This document shows positions 54,914-64,000 of a stretch of DNA of 64,000 nucleotides, in pieces. Made by a program: the position numbers and the translations under genes. The first letter of the stretch is position 1; every line of letters starts with the position of its first letter. Source of the DNA: a virus; IMG/VR virus record IMGVR_UViG_3300042314_000343, positions 39,318 to 103,317 of that record; one strand, written 5' to 3'. The notes under the pieces are model-generated. The model was not told where the DNA came from. It did no database searches and saw only the letters and a list, made by a program, of their open reading frames with translations.

Positions 54914-56681
54914 TGATTTTTTAGAAGCACTTAAGTCCGACAATTTTGAAGAGCGTCCAGTAGACGCCAAGACATTTGTTGAGGGCGAAGACTTCTTGGG
55001 GCAGCCTCCGCTGTCCCAGGTCCAGTATGACATTGTAGAGGCCATGAGCCAGATCTATAAGCTAGAGGACCTAATTGAGCTAATGGGAGATACAGATGGA
55101 AGAAAATACTACAAGAAGTACACAAAGAATGAAGTCATTCTTCAACTTGGTAAGGGATCTGGTAAAGATTTCACTTCAACTGTCGCCTGTGCGTATATTG
55201 TTTACAAGCTACTTTGTCTTAAGGATCCTGCACGATATTTTGGTAAACCTGCTGGTGATGCCATTGATATCATTAACGTTGCGATCAACGCACAGCAAGC
55301 GAAGAACGTATTCTTTAAAGGCTTTAAGAACAAGATTGAGAGGTCGCCTTGGTTTGCTGGAAAGTTCAACCCCAAGGCAGAATCTGTTGAGTTTGATAAG
55401 TCTATTACGGTTTACTCTGGACACTCGGAACGAGAGTCTCACGAAGGACTTAACCTTATCCTTGCGGTACTTGATGAGATCTCTGGATTTGCTAACGAGA
55501 TTGGAACTGGTAATGATCAGGGAAAGACTGCTGACAACATCTACAAAGCCTTCCGAGCCTCAGTAGACTCACGTTTCCCAGACCTTGGCAAGGTAGCCTT
55601 GCTATCATTCCCACGCTATCCAGGAGACTTCATATCTTCTAGATACGATACAGTCATCGCAGACAAAGAAGTAGTCACAAAGACTCATAGGTTTATTATG
55701 AATCCTGACCTGCCAGAAGATCAGGAAGGTAACTACCTAGATATTGAGTGGGAAGAGGACACTGTCATTAGTTACAAGTATCCAGGAATGTTTGCCCTAA
55801 AGCGTCCTACCTGGGTTGTCAATCCTACAAGAAGTATTGATGACTTCAAGCTAGCATTCTTTACTGACATGGGAGACGCCATGCAGCGATTTGCTTGCGT
55901 ACCCACCTTCTCCTCTGACAGGTTCTTTAAGCAGCAGGATAAGGTAAGATCAGCCATGAGCTTGAGAAATCCTTTAGACACCACAAGAAGATTTGAGGAG
56001 TCGTTCAAGCCAGACCCAGATAAGACCTATTTCATTCACGCCGACCTTGCACAGAAGCACGACAAGTGTGCTGTAGCCATTGCCCACGTTGACAAGTGGG
56101 TAAGCCTGCAGGTACTTAAAGACTATAACCAGGTAGCACCAATTGTTGTTGTGGATGCGGTAGCTTGGTGGGAGCCAAGGGTAGAGGGGCCAGTCAACCT
56201 TTCAGAAGTTAAGCAGTGGATTCAAAACCTACGCAGGCTTGGCTTCAATATAGGCATGGTCTCATTTGACCGCTGGCAATCATTTGATATTCAGAATGAG
56301 CTAAAGCAGGTGGGCATTAGAACTGAGACTGTCTCTGTTGCAAAGAAGCACTACGAAGATATGGCGATGTTGATTTATGAAGACCGCCTAGTCATGCCAG
56401 CCATTGAGCTTTTGTTTGAGGAGCTGACAGAGCTTAAAATTGTAAAGCAGAACAGAGTTGACCACCCACGAAAGTCATCTAAGGACTTAGCAGATGCTGT
56501 TTGTGGTGCAGTCTTTGGAGCTATCTCTCACACACCAAAAGACCAAAACCTTGAAGTTGAGGTTCATACTTTTAAAGATAGGCCAAAGCAGCAGCTTGAC
56601 ACCAACCCAAACGGTGTGATACAATATAAGCCTATGCCAAAAGATGTCAAGGAATACTTGGCGAGATTTGATCTAATCTAG
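54906..56681 (+). CDS. terL: Terminase large subunit
   Basis: GKGSGKD Walker A, AVLDE Walker B, HADLA...D, FDRWQS, DHP....KD.ADA nuclease motifs. Confidence 0.92.
   Translation: MFDDFLEALKSDNFEERPVDAKTFVEGEDFLGQPPLSQVQYDIVEAMSQIYKLEDLIELMGDTDGRKYYKKYTKNEVILQLGKGSGKDFTSTVACAYIVYKLLCLKDPARYFGKPAGDAIDIINVAINAQQAKNVFFKGFKNKIERSPWFAGKFNPKAESVEFDKSITVYSGHSERESHEGLNLILAVLDEISGFANEIGTGNDQGKTADNIYKAFRASVDSRFPDLGKVALLSFPRYPGDFISSRYDTVIADKEVVTKTHRFIMNPDLPEDQEGNYLDIEWEEDTVISYKYPGMFALKRPTWVVNPTRSIDDFKLAFFTDMGDAMQRFACVPTFSSDRFFKQQDKVRSAMSLRNPLDTTRRFEESFKPDPDKTYFIHADLAQKHDKCAVAIAHVDKWVSLQVLKDYNQVAPIVVVDAVAWWEPRVEGPVNLSEVKQWIQNLRRLGFNIGMVSFDRWQSFDIQNELKQVGIRTETVSVAKKHYEDMAMLIYEDRLVMPAIELLFEELTELKIVKQNRVDHPRKSSKDLADAVCGAVFGAISHTPKDQNLEVEVHTFKDRPKQQLDTNPNGVIQYKPMPKDVKEYLARFDLI
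56596..56625 (+). promoter_or_regulatory. -35/-10 promoter in terL 3' end
   Basis: TTGACA-18bp-TACAAT with extended TG. Confidence 0.7.
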
Positions 56682-56711
56682 ATTAAACGTTAAAACACTA
56701 AGGAGAAAACA

Positions 56712-57632
56712 ATGAAGCTAAAGCAGCTTTCTATTGCCGTAATTGCGGCACTTACAATCGGTCTTGCAGGGACCGCAACCGTAGCAAATGCAAATACTCA
56801 GACTCTAACTGTCTCAGGAGTTTCTGCTACTGGTGGTACAACTTCTGCAACAGCAATTGCTCTGCCAGTACCAGGAGATAGCGTTGCTGCATCAAATGCA
56901 CTAAGCGTCTCTGTTTCTGGGACTGCTGGTGCAACTGTATCTGCAACTGCAACTAATGCACTGTTGCTAACAACTCTGACTGGTGCTACCGCAGCATCTG
57001 GTTCTGCTACTGCAACTGTTAATGTAAGCACTAGCGGTACAGTAGAGCTATTTGTCTTTACAAAGACCACTGCTGTTGGGTCAGTCACTCTAACTGTTGG
57101 TAACACCACTACAACCTATTATGTCAAGGGAACTGCAGGGGATCTTGCCAAGGTTGCAGTAGAGGCTCCAGCTACGGGAGTTGCAGGAACCACCCAGTCT
57201 GTTCGTGTATCTGCTTTTGACAAGTATGACAACGCAAAGTCTGGCGGTACCGTTAGCCTAGTAATCAACACTAATGGTGTTATCACTACCGCAACTGTTA
57301 CCACTAGCACATCTGGTTCTGTAAGTTACGTAGTAACCTTGCCAGCCACTGGTAACGTAGCTGTAACTGCCTACGCAGCCAGCTCTTCTGCTGTAGCCAC
57401 TACAGCTGTAACTCAGCCACGCAACGTTGAGACAGAGCTTGCTACTGCTCTTGCTTCTGTGGCTAAGCTAACTGCAGACCTGGCAACTGCCAATGCATCG
57501 CTAACTACTGCAAACGCCACCAATGCTGACCTAGCTAAGGGTCTTCGTAAGGTAAAGTGGCAGTACAATACTCTTGTAAAGAAGTATAATGTTGGAAAGC
57601 CAAAGTCTGAGCGACTTGCCTTCCTAAAGTAA
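56712..57632 (+). CDS. Secreted Thr/Ala-rich Ig-like surface protein with C-terminal coiled coil
   Basis: Signal peptide ending A-N-A, D.Y.N Ig-type motif, basic helical C-terminus. Confidence 0.7.
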   Translation: MKLKQLSIAVIAALTIGLAGTATVANANTQTLTVSGVSATGGTTSATAIALPVPGDSVAASNALSVSVSGTAGATVSATATNALLLTTLTGATAASGSATATVNVSTSGTVELFVFTKTTAVGSVTLTVGNTTTTYYVKGTAGDLAKVAVEAPATGVAGTTQSVRVSAFDKYDNAKSGGTVSLVINTNGVITTATVTTSTSGSVSYVVTLPATGNVAVTAYAASSSAVATTAVTQPRNVETELATALASVAKLTADLATANASLTTANATNADLAKGLRKVKWQYNTLVKKYNVGKPKSERLAFLK

Positions 57633-57646
57633 CTGTAATCTAGGTG

Positions 57647-57677
57647 AAGGGGAAGAGGCTTAAATCTCTTCCCCTTT
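57647..57677 (+). terminator. Intrinsic terminator
   Basis: AAGGGGAAGAG/TCTCTTCCCCTT stem. Confidence 0.8.
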
Positions 57678-57714
57678 GCTGTCCCCCAGAGATTTTAAAA
57701 AGGAGCTACAATAG

Positions 57715-58108
57715 ATGTCCATACAAATCATCTATTTCTCAAACTACTCAGGAAATACTGCTAGATTTGTAGATAAACTTGGTCTAAGTTCTGTTCGCAT
57801 CCCCATTCAGTGGGATCCAGCACATCCAGTTTATGCAGAGCAAGAGTACGTTTTGTTCGTACCAACTTATGGTGGTGGAGCAGAGAGTCCTGCTATCCCA
57901 AGGCAGGTCAAGAAGTTTTTAAACATTCCTGCCAACAGGGATCTTCTAAGAGGAGTTGTTGGTTTCGGAAATACAAATTTTGGAGAGCACTTCTGCAAAG
58001 CAGCAGACATGGTCTCAGAAAAAACAGGAGTTCCCATTGTGGGCAGGGTAGAAATATTCGGCACCAATGAGGATGTAATTAAAATAAAAGAGAGGTTGGA
58101 AATACTGT

Positions 58109-58116
<8 letters not shown>
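57715..58116 (+). CDS. nrdI: Flavodoxin-like NrdI
   Basis: YFS..SGNT.RFV.KL, VPTYGGG, GNTNFG..FC.A. Confidence 0.95.
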
Positions 58117-61167
<3,051 letters not shown>

Positions 61168-61182
61168 ACAAAGTACACTCCA

Positions 61183-61212
61183 GAGGGGCATGGCTACGGC
61201 TGTGCCCCTTTT
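61183..61212 (+). terminator. Intrinsic terminator after nrdF
   Basis: AGGGGCATGGC-TACG-GCTGTGCCCCT-TTT. Confidence 0.88.
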
Positions 61213-61277
61213 GGCTTATATAGTATAGTATAATGATATAAGAATACATTCCATAGACCCCCCATAGGAGTGATAGT

Positions 61278-63575
61278 ATTAATCTTAAAGTAGGAAGAGC
61301 CAGTGCTGCTCTTATTTTAGCGTTTTTGCCATTGTTCTGGGTTACCCCAGCTAGTGCTACTCAAATGACTTTGCAAGAGGCACAGGCAGCCTTGGTTGTG
61401 GCACAGCAAGAATTGTCCAGTGCATCTGCTGCATTGCAGTTAGCAAATAGTAGCGTTTCAGCTGCAACTGTTGCTAGAGATGAAGCCCAGGCGAACCTAA
61501 GCTCTGCATCTGCAGCTTGGGAGGCAACCAGGGTAACTGTTTCGGGAACCATTTCAAGCACTGCTCAGAACGTTGTGCTAAACGGAACATTTGATGACGC
61601 ATCAAACTGGTCAAACATTGGTATGGGATCTCCTTCTACAGTTCTGAACTCAAGCATTCCTCGTGTCTACAATGGGGTGTTGGTTGGTTCTTACATTTAT
61701 CACTTTGTATACCAAGCTGGTAACTTTACATCGCCAGTTAGACAGGTTACATTCTCGTATGATATGTCTAATAATAACACTAATGATGGTAACCGCCCAC
61801 AAGCAGACGGCTATCGTGTAGAGTTCCGAACCTACAATGCTGCAGGGCAAGTCTTAAACTACTATGATACTCGTAACCGTGCAGACAGTTTTCCTTGGAC
61901 ACACTTCACTGCCACCTATAATCTAAGCGATGACGCTGTACGCTGGGATGTTGGATTCCGTACTGTTGACAATGGCTACTGGAATGGTAACTTCGCAGGA
62001 AGTATTGACAACGTATCTGTTGTAGCTCAGGTAGCAACAACCACACCAGACACATATACATATGGCGAAGCAGAAACTCAGGCAAAGAACACTGCTCAGC
62101 AAGCTTTGCAAACTGCACAGGCAGCTCTTGATTCTGCAATTACAGCACAAAGTGCAGCTACAGCAATGGTAGACGCAGCAATTGACGAGGTAGTCAGACT
62201 TACCAATCTGGTTGAAGATCTAACACCAAGACTTTTTGCACCAACTAACCTAACCCTAAACACCACTGAGACAGGCATAGAGCTTTCCTGGACAGCACCT
62301 ACACCAAATCTATCTGGAGTTACACCTGAACGGTATGCTGTATTTTGGTCTACAACAAACTTTACTCAGAACGGCTGGGGTATTGCAAGCACAACAACTT
62401 CAATAACAATACCATTCTCAACCCTGTACTCTACAGCACCACAGGGAAGCACATTCCAGTTTGCTATTAGATCTGATAATGATACCCTAAGATTATATTC
62501 AGGACAATCAAACATTGTTTCACTGGTTACAGTTGCCCCACCTTGGTGGATGATTCATTTTGGTGAAGGAGAGCTTGTCTCTATCAGTGCTCCAGCAGGA
62601 TATGTATTTGCAAATGCTACAGCTTGGTATGGATCTCCAGATGACGTGTCTTGTGGAGCTACCGTATCCGATGTTGTTAATCAAGTTCTTGCTGGTAGCT
62701 CAAGTGCATCATTCTATGCAGATAACGGAATGTTTGGAGATCCTTGTGGTGGTGTAGTTAAGGTTTTGAGAATGAAGACACCTATAACACCAATTGTTAT
62801 TGTGCCACCAGTTGTTGTAGAACCTACACCAACACCTACCCCAACACCAGAGCCACAGCCTAGTCCTCAGCCAGAGCCTACCCCTGAACCAAGTCCTGAG
62901 CCAAGTCCTGAACCAGAGCCAACTGAAGAGCCTACTCCAGAACCTACAGAAGAACCTACACCAGAACCAGAGCCTACGGAGGAACCTACAGAGCCTGAGC
63001 CAGAGCCCACACCAGAGCCAACATCAGAGCCTGAGCCAGAAATAACAGAGGAACCAACCCCAGAAATTTCAGAAACACCAGAACCTTCGCCTTCACCAGA
63101 ACCTCCTATAGAAGAAAAACCTGAGACTAGTGTACCAGAAGAAGAGGTTGAAATAGAGGAAGAAATCTCTGCTGAGAACATTGAAAACCTGGTAGAGGAG
63201 TTGACAGAGATTCAGCCACAGCTACTAACTGAGGAACAGCAAACGCTTATTGTTGCTGCAGCTATGGAAGTCTTTGCTGATGCAGAGCAGGGATCTCCTG
63301 AGTATGAGGCAGCTCTAGATGCACTGCTAGTGGTAGCACAAGCAGACGACATCGTACTAGATGAAGAATTAGCAGCAATTCCACTGATTGGAAATGTTGC
63401 TGGTGCAGCGGTAGAAGTATTCAATGCACTTGGAAATGCTGGAGCAGACATGTCTCCACAGGTCCGTGAACAATCAGAAAAGGTTGTTATTGCAGCCGTT
63501 ATCGTTGGTCAAGTAGCGATGACTGCAACAGCAGCCGCAACTAGTGCAGCAGCAGCTGCAGGGAGGAAACCATAA
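61278..63575 (+). CDS. Exported, probably membrane-anchored protein: coiled coil, CBM-like, FN3, SUEL-lectin-like, Pro-Glu stalk; probable ATT start
   Basis: Signal peptide complete only from ATT 61278; AP.NL...I.LSW.AP (FN3); A.YG....C...FGDPC.G..K.L (SUEL-like); hydrophobic C-terminus. Confidence 0.7.
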   Translation: MNLKVGRASAALILAFLPLFWVTPASATQMTLQEAQAALVVAQQELSSASAALQLANSSVSAATVARDEAQANLSSASAAWEATRVTVSGTISSTAQNVVLNGTFDDASNWSNIGMGSPSTVLNSSIPRVYNGVLVGSYIYHFVYQAGNFTSPVRQVTFSYDMSNNNTNDGNRPQADGYRVEFRTYNAAGQVLNYYDTRNRADSFPWTHFTATYNLSDDAVRWDVGFRTVDNGYWNGNFAGSIDNVSVVAQVATTTPDTYTYGEAETQAKNTAQQALQTAQAALDSAITAQSAATAMVDAAIDEVVRLTNLVEDLTPRLFAPTNLTLNTTETGIELSWTAPTPNLSGVTPERYAVFWSTTNFTQNGWGIASTTTSITIPFSTLYSTAPQGSTFQFAIRSDNDTLRLYSGQSNIVSLVTVAPPWWMIHFGEGELVSISAPAGYVFANATAWYGSPDDVSCGATVSDVVNQVLAGSSSASFYADNGMFGDPCGGVVKVLRMKTPITPIVIVPPVVVEPTPTPTPTPEPQPSPQPEPTPEPSPEPSPEPEPTEEPTPEPTEEPTPEPEPTEEPTEPEPEPTPEPTSEPEPEITEEPTPEISETPEPSPSPEPPIEEKPETSVPEEEVEIEEEISAENIENLVEELTEIQPQLLTEEQQTLIVAAAMEVFADAEQGSPEYEAALDALLVVAQADDIVLDEELAAIPLIGNVAGAAVEVFNALGNAGADMSPQVREQSEKVVIAAVIVGQVAMTATAAATSAAAAAGRKP
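62820..63110 (+). repeat. Pro-Glu-Pro-Thr/Ser low-complexity coding repeat
   Basis: [10 protein letters not shown]... translation. Confidence 0.9.
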
Positions 63576-63763
63576 TGATTAAATTTATTAAGGCATTGTT
63601 TAAAGACATCATTGATCAGGCTTGGACCCTGCTCGGTATGTTTGTAGCTTGGGTAGTCCTAGAAGGCTCAGCCAAAGATGTGGTTGGAATGCTTATCTGG
63701 ATTACTCTTGGCGTATGGGTATTAACATTCCCATTGCGTTATGAAAAAGAAGACGACGAGTAG
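63575..63763 (+). CDS. Small two-TM membrane protein
   Basis: Two hydrophobic helices; TAATG coupling. Confidence 0.7.
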   Translation: MIKFIKALFKDIIDQAWTLLGMFVAWVVLEGSAKDVVGMLIWITLGVWVLTFPLRYEKEDDE

Positions 63764-63781
63764 TCGGAAGGTAGGTAAAAA

Positions 63782-64000
63782 ATGGAAGACGAACTGGGCG
63801 TAACTGGCGGTTGGCACACCATCAAGAACATCTTGCTAAGAATTGTAGCGGTATTCGCAGCATCAGTTCTTACTGTCTTGGGTGCAGGAGCCGTTGTAGG
63901 AGTTGACCTATTGTCAGCTGTATTCATGGCTGGTATACTAGGTGTAGCAACTGTTGTAGAAAGACTAGCTAGATCGTTCCTAGACGACGGAAAGTTGACT
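63782..64000 (+). CDS. Membrane protein (holin-like), runs off window edge; not in ORF track
   Basis: MEDELGVTGGWHTIKNILLRIVAVFAASVLTVLGAGAVVGVDLLSAVFMAGILGVATVVERLARSFLDDGKLT, two TM helices. Confidence 0.6.
   Translation, partial: MEDELGVTGGWHTIKNILLRIVAVFAASVLTVLGAGAVVGVDLLSAVFMAGILGVATVVERLARSFLDDGKLT

Overview
The whole window is part of a large tailed-phage genome (siphovirus-like, gene-dense, almost all on the + strand). The host is most likely an actinobacterium, inferred from class Ib nrdHIEF, DnaE and many leaderless genes. Layout: two secreted peptidoglycan hydrolases on the - strand (1-948); a modular fibre/appendage cluster (1050-8413); a candidate fibre-maturation/glycosylation cassette (8452-13386); head, neck and tail genes (portal, protease/scaffold, major capsid, tail tube, tape measure, tail tip; 13420-42060); a replication/recombination arm (DnaB, primase, SSB, DnaE, NrdH, RecA, exonucleases, resolvases), terminase, nrdIEF and exported surface proteins (42066-64000). 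Most striking observations: (i) a 152-residue insert with 22 Cys in mirror-symmetric spacing, suggesting a disulfide-laddered hairpin on a putative receptor-binding protein, placed between a Gly-Pro-Thr collagen fibre and a cassette with two glycosyltransferases, a Cys-cluster domain and an atypical methyltransferase; (ii) four adjacent fibre genes built as an exact 2x2 combination of two N-terminal and two C-terminal modules; (iii) tail-assembly chaperones apparently made from two paralogous genes with separate promoters instead of a frameshift; (iv) two promoter classes, extended -10 only (often leaderless) versus -35/-10 promoters buried in upstream ORFs. No tRNA, rRNA, CRISPR array, integrase or reverse transcriptase was seen. 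All family assignments come from motif recognition, not database searches.
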